DNA from: Bacillota bacterium
Lineage (GTDB): Bacteria; Bacillota; Limnochordia; Darwinibacteriales; Darwinibacteriaceae
Assembly (NCBI GenBank): GCA_012520315.1
Contig: JAAYOM010000059.1
Coordinates: forward strand, 25,316 to 89,315
DNA: 64,000 nt
Direction of reading: 5' to 3'
Below are positions 8,871-18,579 of the stretch, in pieces; positions within the stretch are counted from its first letter, which is position 1, and the number at the start of each line of letters is the position of its first letter. Under the pieces are notes generated by a model. That model was not told where the DNA came from, searched no databases, and was given only the letters and a program-made list of their open reading frames with translations. The position numbers and the translations under genes are program-made.

Positions 8871-10381
8871 GATAGAATTTCCTGCATCCTAGTTAGAATA
8901 TCACCGGCACGCAGGCCGCGCTGGCCTTTTTGGCCGGCCAGATCCCCGGCCTTGCCATGGACATAAACCCCTAAGGCTGCTGCCTGCAGGGGCTCTAGAC
9001 CCTGGCTCAGCAGGGCTGCAATCAGCCCCGTTAAAACATCGCCGCTGCCGGCAGTGGCCATGCCCGGATTTCCAGAACTGTTGATATAGGTGTGCTCCCT
9101 GCTGGAAATGATGGTGGGAGCACCTTTGAGGACCACTGTCATATTCCATTTTCTTGCGTACTCATCCGCCATCTGCAAACGGTCAGCATTTACTTGGGCG
9201 GCATCGCTGCCTAGCAGGCGAGCCATTTCGCCAGGATGGGGAGTAATGATCCACCGGCTCCGTTTTCCATCACTGACAGACTCCAAGAAATCTCCATCTA
9301 AAGCCCCAAGACCATCTGCATCTATGACACAAGGACCATGCCACTTGCGCAAGATCTCCTGCACGACCTGGACAACTTCAGGCAGCCTGGTCAAACCAGG
9401 ACCTATCGCTAAGACATCTTTGCCCTCCAAGAGTTCAAGCAGTTCCTGGAGGCTCGGTACGCCAATGGTGCCGTTAGCTGTATCACCAACCGGAACCACA
9501 ATCAGTTCGTCGGGCCTAAAACGATCGTAGATGCTGTGGGGCACAGCTAAGGTTGCCAGACCCCCGCCGCCGCGCAAGACCGCCTGTCCACTGAGGGAAG
9601 CGGCTCCTGCGTATTCTCTGGAACCTGCCACAACCAGGGTGTGGCCAAAAGTCCCTTTGTGGCTCCAAGGCTTGCGCTCAGGCAGCCAGGCTAAACTATC
9701 ATCACTAAGCAGACGCCTCTTGCCTGGATGAACCAAAGGAAAGCCTAAATCCACGACTATGTTTCTGCCTGCATAAGCCTGGCCGGGATAAAGCACACAA
9801 CCTACCTTCAGGAAGCCTAGATTAATGGTTAAGTCTGCCTGCACAGCCACGGTGCCCACCTCGCCACTGGCGGCATTCACCCCCGTGGGACAGTCAATGG
9901 CTGCCAAAGGAGCTTTAACCTCGTTCACAACGTTCACTAAGGATTCCAGCTCCCCGCTCAGACTGCCAGAAAACCCCGTCCCGAAAATGGCATCGATGAT
10001 CAGATCTGCCAAACCCAAACTGAATCTAAGCTTGCCTATCTGGCCGCCTTTGACCGGCTGACAATCTGCCCCTAGTTTCCGCAGGATCTGCAAGTTTGCA
10101 GCATTTTCCGGAGTTAGTTTTTGCTGGTTGCCCACCAGGTAGACCTTTGTGCGTGCGCCAAGGGCAAGCAGCTGCCTGGCGGCGACCAGGCCGTCTCCGC
10201 CATTGTTTCCAGTACCTACAAGAATATGAACACGTTTGCCGCTGAGGCTGCCGTACTCTCTTGTCAGCACCTCAACAATGCGGCTGCCGGCATTTTCCAT
10301 CACCACTAAAGGAGAGAGACCCAATTTGGTAAAGGCCTCTTTTTCTATTAACTGCATTTCAGCCCCAGTGACTACCTGCAT
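8867..10381 (-). CDS. nnr: bifunctional NAD(P)H-hydrate epimerase / ADP-dependent dehydratase
   Basis: The YjeF-N part (GTGNNGGDGLVAAR) is followed by a carbohydrate-kinase part (GSGDVLTGLIAALL). I placed the start at ATG 10381 (MQVVTG), with GGGGAGGAA upstream. Confidence 0.9.
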   Translation of the reverse strand: MQVVTGAEMQLIEKEAFTKLGLSPLVVMENAGSRIVEVLTREYGSLSGKRVHILVGTGNNGGDGLVAARQLLALGARTKVYLVGNQQKLTPENAANLQILRKLGADCQPVKGGQIGKLRFSLGLADLIIDAIFGTGFSGSLSGELESLVNVVNEVKAPLAAIDCPTGVNAASGEVGTVAVQADLTINLGFLKVGCVLYPGQAYAGRNIVVDLGFPLVHPGKRRLLSDDSLAWLPERKPWSHKGTFGHTLVVAGSREYAGAASLSGQAVLRGGGGLATLAVPHSIYDRFRPDELIVVPVGDTANGTIGVPSLQELLELLEGKDVLAIGPGLTRLPEVVQVVQEILRKWHGPCVIDADGLGALDGDFLESVSDGKRSRWIITPHPGEMARLLGSDAAQVNADRLQMADEYARKWNMTVVLKGAPTIISSREHTYINSSGNPGMATAGSGDVLTGLIAALLSQGLEPLQAAALGVYVHGKAGDLAGQKGQRGLRAGDILTRMQEILS

Positions 10382-10385
10382 CGCT

Positions 10386-10769
10386 TCATTCCTCCCCAAG
10401 GGCAATGACATAAGCCATAGCCAGTTCTCTCGTATGTGACAAACTCAAGACAAAGCGAGTAATACCCCGATCAGCAGCTGCCTTTTGCGCAGGTTCCAAC
10501 AAACGAACCTGGGGCTGTCCCTTGGCATTTGTGTAAATTTCGACGGCCCCGAAAGGCACTCCCTGCTGCCAGCCTAGGCCAATCGCTTTCATCACAGCTT
10601 CCTTGGCCGCAAAGCGAGCTGCCCAAGACTGGACACCCTTACTGTGCAAAGTGTTCCTTTCGTACTCTGTATAGATTCGGTCTCGAAATTTCTGCCGCTG
10701 CAGCGCCTTAGCTATGCGGTCGATCTCTACCAGGTCAACTCCACAGCCCCTAACTGACACGGCTGCCAC
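10386..10769 (-). CDS. acpS: holo-[acyl-carrier-protein] synthase
   Basis: The 127-aa product has GCGVDLVEIDRI, FAAKEAVMKA and SLSHT motifs. The start is uncertain (10769 or GTG 10760). Confidence 0.85.
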   Translation of the reverse strand: MAAVSVRGCGVDLVEIDRIAKALQRQKFRDRIYTEYERNTLHSKGVQSWAARFAAKEAVMKAIGLGWQQGVPFGAVEIYTNAKGQPQVRLLEPAQKAAADRGITRFVLSLSHTRELAMAYVIALGEE

Positions 10770-12096
10770 CCTGTTCTTCCCGAATAGTACGCACTACCAG
10801 ATCAACACAGGTCTGGAGCACCGCCGCATCTGGATGCTCACCCAAGACACGAATCATGGGCTCTGTCCCCGAAGCGCGCACAAAAAGCCTGCCTAAGGGG
10901 GCCAATTCGCGCTCAGCCTGGCTGATCACCACTTGAATACGCTGGTTTTCTTGCCAGCCTTCCTTTTTTTCCACAGGGATGTTGACTAGGGTCTGGGGGA
11001 AAACCACCATAGCCTCGGCCAAAGCAGAAAGAGGTCTGCCTTGCAGCTGCCTCATTTCCAAAAGTTTCAAAGCAGAGAGTATACCATCGCCTGTAGTGGA
11101 GTTCTCCAGGAAGATGATATGCCCTGACTGCTCGCCCCCTAAGACACAGCCCGAACGCTGCATGCTTTCTAAGACGTAGCGGTCTCCCGGTTTGGCGTAA
11201 ATTACGTCGCCGCCGCTTTGCACAAATGCCTGGCGCAGACCTCCATTGGAATAGGCGGTTGCGATAACTTTTTGACCGGGCAGGCGATTCTGGCGCAGCA
11301 AGTTAAGGCCAATTATAGCTAGAATCTGATCGCCGTTGAGAATGCCCCCCCGTTCATCGATGGCTAAGATGCGGTCTCCGTCTCCATCAAAGGCAAATCC
11401 CAAGTCTGCCCCTGTTTTCTCCGTCAGACTTTGAATCTGATCGGGGAAAGTAGAACCGCAGCCATGATTAATATTCACGCCATTGGGCTGGTCAAAAAAC
11501 GACTCCACCTCAGCCCCTAAGTCTCGGAAAATTCTGGCGGCGAGGGAAGAAGTTGCCCCATTGGCGCAATCTACCGCTAAGCGCAGACCCCTGAGGTCAA
11601 CGGGGACCTGTTCTTTCAAATACTCTACATAGAGTTCGACCGCCCCATGCCGATCAGTAACTTTCCCTACACTTCCGCCTATGGGCCGGGGAACATCATC
11701 GTGATCTATGAAAGCTTCGATTTTTGCTTCTAATTCTTCAGAGAGCTTGAAACCATCGCAGCCGAAAACTTTGATGCCATTGTCCTGCAGAGGGTTGTGG
11801 GAAGCAGATATCATGATTCCGGCAGAACAGCCAAGTTCCTTGGTGAGATAAGCTACAGCCGGAGTTGGCACTACTCCAACTAAAATGACGTCCAGTCCCG
11901 TAGAGGTGACGCCCGCGACCAATGCTCCTTCCAACATTTGACCGGATAGACGCGGATCCCGCCCGATCAGGACTGTACCGCTATTTCCATTGCTCAAAAC
12001 CAGTGCTGCAGCCCGCCCAACCCGTAAAGCCAGTTCGGCCGTAAGCTCACTATTGGCTACACCACGTATACCATCTGTCCCGAAAAACTTCAGCAC
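10750..12096 (-). CDS. glmM: phosphoglucosamine mutase
   Basis: The sequence contains FGTDGIRG and the active-site motif SASHNP in a 448-aa product. It starts at GTG with GGGGAGGAA upstream. Confidence 0.95.
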   Translation of the reverse strand: MLKFFGTDGIRGVANSELTAELALRVGRAAALVLSNGNSGTVLIGRDPRLSGQMLEGALVAGVTSTGLDVILVGVVPTPAVAYLTKELGCSAGIMISASHNPLQDNGIKVFGCDGFKLSEELEAKIEAFIDHDDVPRPIGGSVGKVTDRHGAVELYVEYLKEQVPVDLRGLRLAVDCANGATSSLAARIFRDLGAEVESFFDQPNGVNINHGCGSTFPDQIQSLTEKTGADLGFAFDGDGDRILAIDERGGILNGDQILAIIGLNLLRQNRLPGQKVIATAYSNGGLRQAFVQSGGDVIYAKPGDRYVLESMQRSGCVLGGEQSGHIIFLENSTTGDGILSALKLLEMRQLQGRPLSALAEAMVVFPQTLVNIPVEKKEGWQENQRIQVVISQAERELAPLGRLFVRASGTEPMIRVLGEHPDAAVLQTCVDLVVRTIREEQGGSRVS

Positions 12097-12099
12097 GCA

Positions 12100-12771
12100 C
12101 TATTCCTCCCCTTCGTCAACGACTTCAATGACCCGGATCTCCGGAGGGTCAATCTCAAGCCCTTCAACGCTGCGCCCCTGGGCATCCAGGGCCTGCACCG
12201 GAAAGGACATTTCCTCATTCAGCATGCGATCTGTTCCTATGTAAGCAACCACATGATCTACTTCTTCTAGTATACTGCCGGCTCCCCTAATAGTGATTAC
12301 TGCAGGTGAAGGTCTGATATTTGCTGAGGCCCGAGAGCGATCAATGCCTAAGAAGACCAGGGTAACTGGAAATACTGATTCCGCCAAATCTTCAGTATAA
12401 ACACTGACCCACTGGGGAGTAACGCTGACAATGTTAATGCCTAAAGGTTCATCTACTTGAACACTGTATGTTTCAGTGCCTTCCTCTGCTCCACTTAAAT
12501 CGATAAAGGCCGACAGAGAACCTTCGCCCCGATTGATCAAAGGCGCTAAACCCCTGATTCTCACCCTGACCCTCTCCGGAGGATCAACCAACACCAATTG
12601 ATCGGGCATGTTCTGCACCTGGACCTCAAGGGTGACCGTCCGCTCTGTTTCAGCAAGTGTGCCTCCGCCGGTGGCCAACAGCCAGAAGATAACGGCTAAT
12701 GCCAGGGAGAAAAGGCGCCAGTAGACTTCCGGCTTTGTTAGAAAAGACCAGATTTTTCCGATGCGGCTCAT
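12100..12771 (-). CDS. cdaR: YbbR-domain protein, CdaA regulator
   Basis: It sits between cdaA and glmM, has an N-terminal TM and repeated YbbR-like beta-rich modules. There is an ATGA overlap with the cdaA stop. Confidence 0.8.
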   Translation of the reverse strand: MSRIGKIWSFLTKPEVYWRLFSLALAVIFWLLATGGGTLAETERTVTLEVQVQNMPDQLVLVDPPERVRVRIRGLAPLINRGEGSLSAFIDLSGAEEGTETYSVQVDEPLGINIVSVTPQWVSVYTEDLAESVFPVTLVFLGIDRSRASANIRPSPAVITIRGAGSILEEVDHVVAYIGTDRMLNEEMSFPVQALDAQGRSVEGLEIDPPEIRVIEVVDEGEE

Positions 12772-13523
12772 GAAGTTTCGCCCCCTCGCCAATGAAACTG
12801 GAGTTGTTCTCTGAGTCTGGCCTCAGTTAAGTATCTGCGCAAATGGCCTCCAACAGCAAGGGAAATCGTTCCGGTCTCTTCAGAAACAACTACGATCACA
12901 GCGTCTGTCTGCTCTGACATGCCCACAGCCGCCCGGTGCCTAGTACCTAGACCGCCCCGCAACCGACTGTCCGTGAGGGGCAAAACGCAGCCGGCACTGA
13001 CTATCCGGCCCTCAGAAATAATGACTGCACCATCATGGAGGGGACTATTGGGTTCAAAAATGTTCAGCAGCAGTTCGGTACTGATCAGAGCGTCCAGCCT
13101 CACACCTGTTTCTAAATACTCATGCAGGCCGGTTTGGCGCTGGAAGACAATGAGGGCGCCTGTCTTTTTCGAACTTAACACACCGCAGGCTTTCACCACT
13201 GAATCAAGGTCAAGGGTCTGCTGTCCGGCACCGCGGGGAGAGGACCAGCCAAAAAGCCGACCCCGCCCTAACTGCTCTAAACCTCTTCTCAATTCCGGAT
13301 AAAATACAACCGGCAAGGCGACCAGAAACAGGGTTATGGCCTGATCCAACAGCCAGCTCACAGTGCGCAGGCTAAGGGCACGAGCTACGACACTGCTGGC
13401 AAAGACTATGGCCAAGCCCTTGACAAGGGTGGTGGCCCTGGTTCCCTGAATAGAGTTAATCACCTTATAGACTACATAAGCGACAATCAGGATGTCTATC
13501 GCGTCTCGAATCGTGAACAGCAC
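12768..13523 (-). CDS. cdaA: diadenylate cyclase
   Basis: Three N-terminal TM helices precede a DAC domain (PLHDGAVII, GTRHRAAVGMSEQTDAVIVVVSEETG). Confidence 0.9.
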   Translation of the reverse strand: MLFTIRDAIDILIVAYVVYKVINSIQGTRATTLVKGLAIVFASSVVARALSLRTVSWLLDQAITLFLVALPVVFYPELRRGLEQLGRGRLFGWSSPRGAGQQTLDLDSVVKACGVLSSKKTGALIVFQRQTGLHEYLETGVRLDALISTELLLNIFEPNSPLHDGAVIISEGRIVSAGCVLPLTDSRLRGGLGTRHRAAVGMSEQTDAVIVVVSEETGTISLAVGGHLRRYLTEARLREQLQFHWRGGETS

Positions 13524-13550
13524 CGGGAGATCCCCCTTAGCAACTCTTTC

Positions 13551-14669
13551 TTATAAATCCATCACCTGCTGAGCGGCTTTTGTAGCCTCGCCATACTTTT
13601 TCATGTCCATTTCTAATACTGCTAACGCAGTCAGCACATCCAGGGGAGTAGCATAACCCATATGGCCCACTCTAAAGATATTGTCAGCATGGATGCCTTG
13701 TCCGCCGGCAAACTCTACTCCGTATCTTTCCCTAATGCGAGCCCTAAAGTTGTCAGCGTTAGGGTATTTGATTGCCGTTACGGTGGGAGATGCATCGTCA
13801 TCCTTAACAAGGAGCTCCAAACCAAGGGCTCTAGCCCCCGCCCGCATCATATTCCGCATGAGCAGGTGGCGGGCAAAGACATTCTCCAGACCCTCCGCCT
13901 CAATCATGTTCAATGCTTCCTCCAGGGCAAAGACATTATGAATATTTGGCGTAAAGGGAGTTTCCGATTTCTCCATATACTTATCATAGAGGCGCAAATC
14001 AAAATAATAGCGGCTGGCCTGGCAGTTTACAGAGTACTTTCTGGCCCTGTCAGAGAAAGCGATGAAGGCAGTTCCAGGAGGTGCCATCAGGCACTTTTGC
14101 GAGGCACTGACAACCACATCTAAACCCCATTCATCCATCTTGCAGGGGGTCCCGCCAAGGGCGCTCACTGCATCAACAACCAAAAGGGCACTGTGATTTT
14201 GGCGGACCTTAGAAATTGCTTCCACATCATTAAGGACTGCAGTGGAAGATTCGTTTTGCACCATAAAAATAAGTTCAATTTCCGGATGTTTCTTTAAGTA
14301 TTCACCAACCTGGCCAGCATCAATCCCGCCGTCCCAGGGGAACTCCAGTACATGCAGCTTTGCTCCGTAGGCCTGGCACAGCTCAACCCAGCGATTGCCG
14401 AAAAACCCTCCAACTAGGCATAAAACTGGGGTTTCGGGCGAGACTAAATTGGCGGCAGCAGCTTCCATACCTGATGTTCCAGACCCTGTAATCATATGGA
14501 TTTGGTTCTTGGTACCAAAGAGCGAGGCCAGCCGTTTCAAAACAGCGGGATAATGCTCCTTAAAGAGTGTACCCCTATGGTTAATCATAGGCTTGGCCAT
14601 CTGTAATGATACTTCGTTTGGTACTGGCACCGGTCCGGGGATGCGCAACACAGGTTTAAAACTGTACAT
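13551..14669 (-). CDS. class V aminotransferase (serine-pyruvate / alanine-glyoxylate type)
   Basis: A PLP-Lys context (SASQKCLMAPPG) occurs in a roughly 372-aa product. I moved the start to ATG 14669 (MYSFKPV), with GGGAGGG upstream. Confidence 0.8.
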   Translation of the reverse strand: MYSFKPVLRIPGPVPVPNEVSLQMAKPMINHRGTLFKEHYPAVLKRLASLFGTKNQIHMITGSGTSGMEAAAANLVSPETPVLCLVGGFFGNRWVELCQAYGAKLHVLEFPWDGGIDAGQVGEYLKKHPEIELIFMVQNESSTAVLNDVEAISKVRQNHSALLVVDAVSALGGTPCKMDEWGLDVVVSASQKCLMAPPGTAFIAFSDRARKYSVNCQASRYYFDLRLYDKYMEKSETPFTPNIHNVFALEEALNMIEAEGLENVFARHLLMRNMMRAGARALGLELLVKDDDASPTVTAIKYPNADNFRARIRERYGVEFAGGQGIHADNIFRVGHMGYATPLDVLTALAVLEMDMKKYGEATKAAQQVMDL

Positions 14670-14757
14670 TCTTTGAACCCTCCCTGTCTGTAATAGAAAA
14701 AACAATTCCCTAAGAAAGGCTGATAGCTCTTCCTTTGGGAAAATGCATTTCTAACAC

Positions 14758-15171
14758 CTAGAGTATACGCTGCAGACGCTTGGCTATTGTGGCAGCCTCC
14801 TGTTCTCGACTGATGGTGTCAAAGTCTTCTACAATAACACCCTGACGTTCTAGATGACTCATGAGAACCCGCAGTGCTTTACCGGAACCAAGCAGACCTG
14901 GACGGACAAATGCTCCACCCTTCTTGCCCTCCAAGCGCATGGTCTTTTTGATCAGGTTGTCCATCTCCGCAGTAATTTGCGGCTTCCACCAGCCTGTATA
15001 CCCTGTAATCACACATACCAGACCATAGGGTGCCGCGCTGACGGGAGAACCTGAAGCAGCCTTGGGCGACATTAGGTCAGCCCTTATCCCATCTTGTTCT
15101 AATGCCCTTTGCAGCGCTGCTGCAGACGTTTGAACCCTCTCATCGTCTGCGTGCAAAATCAAAACACGCAC
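14758..15171 (-). CDS. hypothetical protein, possibly flavodoxin-like fold
   Basis: This 137-aa ORF fits the operon spacing. It has a beta-alpha alternation starting MRVLILHADD. I recognised no diagnostic motif. Confidence 0.4.
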   Translation of the reverse strand: MRVLILHADDERVQTSAAALQRALEQDGIRADLMSPKAASGSPVSAAPYGLVCVITGYTGWWKPQITAEMDNLIKKTMRLEGKKGGAFVRPGLLGSGKALRVLMSHLERQGVIVEDFDTISREQEAATIAKRLQRIL

Positions 15172-15238
15172 ATTTATTGCCCCCTATCTCGTTGTATCTA
15201 CTCCTTGCTTATTTCTCTAAGCAGAGATTAAATCCTGT

Positions 15239-15952
15239 TTACTGGCTGTAATAACGCAGTAGGCCGGCAAAAATGGCGGAGGCCACTTTCTTCTGGTAGC
15301 CAGGTTCGCTAAGGAGCTGGGCCTCCCTAGGATTTGATAAAAACCCCACCTCAACCATGGCCGCAGGCATGGTAGTATCTCGCAAAACTCGAAAATCTCC
15401 AGGCCTGGCCAGACGGCTGTTGGGCCCGAGATGTCTCACCAATTCTGTCTGCAAAATTTCCGCTAAATGCTTGCCCTCCGGGCTTCCTTCGTAATAAAAC
15501 GTCTGGGCACCGAACCATCTCGGCCCCGGGAAGTAATTCGCATGAATGGAGATATATAAGTCGGCCTGTGCTTCTTCGGCGATCCTTACCCTGCGGCTCA
15601 AATCCTGGCGCTTGCGCTTCAAGAGGTCACTCTCACTGGAATCAGCCAGATCATAGTCGCCATGGCGCACCATGACAACGTAGACTGCGGCCCTGCTCAG
15701 CAACGTTTCGAGCTCATTGGCGATGGCCAAAGTGATCTCCTTTTCGAGCAGACCCCCTGCACTTACCGCTCCGGGGTCAATGCCGCCATGGCCTGCATCG
15801 AGCACAATTGTCCTTCCGGAAATGCCTGGGTAAGCATTGACCGCTGACGCCGGAAGATACACCTCTCCATAGGTACCCAGGAAGATGCCTAGGGCGAGGC
15901 AGGCAAATGCCCACCACAGGACTTGCCGCCCACTAAAAAACCAGACCCGCAT
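15239..15952 (-). CDS. cwlD: N-acetylmuramoyl-L-alanine amidase, CwlD-like (spore cortex)
   Basis: An Amidase_3 core is present (LDAGHGGIDPGA, ISIHAN, VEVGFLSNPRE). The single N-terminal TM and 237-aa length match CwlD architecture. Confidence 0.7.
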   Translation of the reverse strand: MRVWFFSGRQVLWWAFACLALGIFLGTYGEVYLPASAVNAYPGISGRTIVLDAGHGGIDPGAVSAGGLLEKEITLAIANELETLLSRAAVYVVMVRHGDYDLADSSESDLLKRKRQDLSRRVRIAEEAQADLYISIHANYFPGPRWFGAQTFYYEGSPEGKHLAEILQTELVRHLGPNSRLARPGDFRVLRDTTMPAAMVEVGFLSNPREAQLLSEPGYQKKVASAIFAGLLRYYSQ

Positions 15953-15978
15953 AAAAACACCTCCACACCCAAAGTTAT

Positions 15979-16593
15979 TCAGGTGTGGAGCGGTTTACAA
16001 CACTTTAGGACACGAAATCCCGCCTTCTTTGCAATGGTACCACATTCCCCTGCCAGTTCCCCCAGATAGGCTGCAAGACTTTTGGCCCCCTGTTTGGTGC
16101 GAATCACCACCATCAGGCAGCCCCCTGGTTTGAGACTGTGGTAAGCATCGGTTAAGAGAGAATAGACCACTGCCTTACCGGCTCTAATTGGGGGGTTAGA
16201 AAGCACCCAGTCAAACTGAAGGCCAGGCGGCAAAGCTTTCAGGCCATCACCCACCAGAACCTCACAATTGGCAATCCCATTTCTGTCTATATTCTCCTTG
16301 GCCAGTTCACAGGCCCTCTCATTCACGTCTATCATGTAAACATAACCGGAAGAACCGACAAGTCCGGCAGCTGCAATACCAATCGGACCATAACCGCAAC
16401 CCAAATCCAAAACCAGATCTCCGGCCTGCAAAGGGAGGGTGTCAATCAAGAGCTTACTGCCGTCATCCACTTCGTCCTTGGAGAAAACTCCCGCATCTGT
16501 TTGAAAGGAATAGGTCTTCCCCCTCAGCTCGGCTGTGAACACCTTTCGATCATGTTTTGCCCTCGGCTTACTGGTAAAATAGTGATCATTCAT
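15979..16593 (-). CDS. class I SAM-dependent methyltransferase (RsmC/YbxB-like small rRNA MTase)
   Basis: It carries a SAM motif (VLDLGCGYGPIG) and the N-methyltransferase motif NPPI. Confidence 0.8.
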   Translation of the reverse strand: MNDHYFTSKPRAKHDRKVFTAELRGKTYSFQTDAGVFSKDEVDDGSKLLIDTLPLQAGDLVLDLGCGYGPIGIAAAGLVGSSGYVYMIDVNERACELAKENIDRNGIANCEVLVGDGLKALPPGLQFDWVLSNPPIRAGKAVVYSLLTDAYHSLKPGGCLMVVIRTKQGAKSLAAYLGELAGECGTIAKKAGFRVLKCCKPLHT

Positions 16594-17794
16594 TCGCCGT
16601 ATCTCCCAAAGCCTCTAGCACCAAGTCCAAGTGGGCAGTAATTTCTTCTACAGCATCGTCTGGGGCTGTTTCCAGAGCTTCCAGAAAAAGTTCCCTAGCT
16701 TCTTCGTAACGTCCCACAAGATAATACCCGTAACCTAAGGTATCTAGGTAAATGTCTCTCCGTTCCAGCTCAACCGCGCGCTCTGCCATGTCCAGCGCTT
16801 TATCGATCTGGACTTCACGCAGAAAATAATGGTAAGCCAGGTTGTTGAGGGCCAAATGGTTATCCGGCTGACGCATTAGAACTTGCTGATAACTCTCAAC
16901 TACACCCAAAAAGTTGTCAAGTCCGTCATAGGCAAAAGCCCGATACAAATAGACCTGCCAAAATTGGGGCGCGAGCGTAAGCATTTGCTGGCTGGTTTCT
17001 AGCGCGGCTGCAAAGTTCTCTGCGTTGAACTCTTCCATAAAAAGTTCATTGAGACTGCTCAGTTCGGCCAGTCTTGGCAGGGGATTCTCCTCCCACTCTT
17101 CCCTAAACGACCAGTCGGAAAAGGAAATATGAACTTCTCCTGGAGGATCATGAATCTCCAGCCGAGATGGCACCCAGCCGACCGATTCAGGCCGCAAAGT
17201 GATTCGGGCTGGCCGAGGTCCAAAGAAAATATCCAGCTCAACCTCGACCAACTGACCCTCTTCCAAAAGGTAGGATGTTACAGTCAAAAGTGTTTGCTTG
17301 TTCCGCCTAATTAAAAGGGGCAAACCGCTCTCTTCATCAAACCACAAGAGGAACTGAGGATCATCTAGAGCAGTAAATCGCTTTGCTGCGCGCTCAGCCA
17401 CAGCTTCCCTTCCAGAAAACTCAAGGGGCAGCCGAGAATACTCCGCTAAGGCAAAAATATGATTTTTAAAATCTTCAAACAGCCAGTAGCGTTCATAGCC
17501 GTACTGGAAATCACTTCCCCTTTGCACCTCTAGAAAATCCGCCTGACTGGTAATGGTCACAGGCACGTCCCAGGCAGCATACTGAAGTTGAAAGCCCTCG
17601 GGGTAGGCAAACGTCAGATAGCCGTGCATGAGCAAGATCTTGTCATCGCCTTCAAGGGACTCGGCAACCACAATACTGCTCCCAAATCCATGGTCGAACC
17701 AGTCTACAGGCGCATCACCTGCCTGAACAAAGGCACTAAGTCCGCAAACAAGTGTCACAAGCAAAAGCACTAACCTGGATCTAAACGGGTTCAA
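16586..17794 (-). CDS. secreted protein with an N-terminal beta-rich domain and C-terminal TPR repeats
   Basis: A signal peptide (LVLLLVTLVCGLSAFVQAG) is followed by about 230 aa of an unassigned domain. The C-terminus has TPR-like repeats (AYDGLDNFLGVVESYQQVL, LNNLAYHYF, LGYGYYLVGRYEEARELFLEAL). Confidence 0.6.
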   Translation of the reverse strand: MNPFRSRLVLLLVTLVCGLSAFVQAGDAPVDWFDHGFGSSIVVAESLEGDDKILLMHGYLTFAYPEGFQLQYAAWDVPVTITSQADFLEVQRGSDFQYGYERYWLFEDFKNHIFALAEYSRLPLEFSGREAVAERAAKRFTALDDPQFLLWFDEESGLPLLIRRNKQTLLTVTSYLLEEGQLVEVELDIFFGPRPARITLRPESVGWVPSRLEIHDPPGEVHISFSDWSFREEWEENPLPRLAELSSLNELFMEEFNAENFAAALETSQQMLTLAPQFWQVYLYRAFAYDGLDNFLGVVESYQQVLMRQPDNHLALNNLAYHYFLREVQIDKALDMAERAVELERRDIYLDTLGYGYYLVGRYEEARELFLEALETAPDDAVEEITAHLDLVLEALGDTANE

Positions 17795-18576
17795 TAGTCG
17801 CTCTCCCCCCTTAAACCCTCCATAATAGCCACACCTGAACTGGCCCCTAGACGGTTTGCCCCGGCCTTAATCATCGCCAGAGCTGTCTCCACATCGCGTA
17901 TGCCTCCAGAAGCTTTCACGCCACAGTCGGCACCTACCACTTCCCGCATCAAGGCCACATCTTCTACTGTGGCACCGCCTGCTCCAAATCCAGTGGAAGT
18001 CTTGACAAAATCAGCACCGGCCATTTTAGCAAGGATACATCCTCTGACGATCTGCTCCTTACTTAGATATCCCGTCTCTAAAATCACCTTCAAAAGCTGT
18101 CCGGGCACTGCATCCCGAACCCCTTTGATATCCGAGTAAACCCTGGCATAATCTCCTTCAATAAGGGCGCCTATATTGACAACCATGTCAATTTCTTCTG
18201 CACCTCCGGCTACTGCATCCCGAGCCTCAAGAACCTTGCTCAGGGTTGTGGTTGCACCTAAGGGAAACCCGATCACAGTACAGACTTTGACATTGCTGCC
18301 ATCTAAAAGGCTTGCAGCAGCTGGAACGTGAACCGGGTTCACACACACAGATGCGAACTCATAATCAAGTGCCTCATGGCAAAGCTGCCTGATTTCCGAT
18401 TGGGAAGCGGTTGGTTTCAGTAAAGTATGATCGATAAAGGACGATAGAGAGCTGTCGTCAGCTGCAGCAGCACCCTTTCCGGCTTTATCTCCCACCGGCA
18501 CCACCAGACGAATTCCCTGTCTAGCCAAGGCCAGACCTACTTCCTCCCTTTGCTCTTCCAACCATTTGTAATCCAT
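17791..18576 (-). CDS. deoC: deoxyribose-phosphate aldolase (with about a 40-aa N-terminal extension if the track start is right)
   Basis: Motifs IDHTLLKP, VCTVIGFPLG and the Schiff-base Lys context FVKTSTGF are present. Confidence 0.9.
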   Translation of the reverse strand: MDYKWLEEQREEVGLALARQGIRLVVPVGDKAGKGAAAADDSSLSSFIDHTLLKPTASQSEIRQLCHEALDYEFASVCVNPVHVPAAASLLDGSNVKVCTVIGFPLGATTTLSKVLEARDAVAGGAEEIDMVVNIGALIEGDYARVYSDIKGVRDAVPGQLLKVILETGYLSKEQIVRGCILAKMAGADFVKTSTGFGAGGATVEDVALMREVVGADCGVKASGGIRDVETALAMIKAGANRLGASSGVAIMEGLRGESDY

Positions 18577-18579
18577 TAC

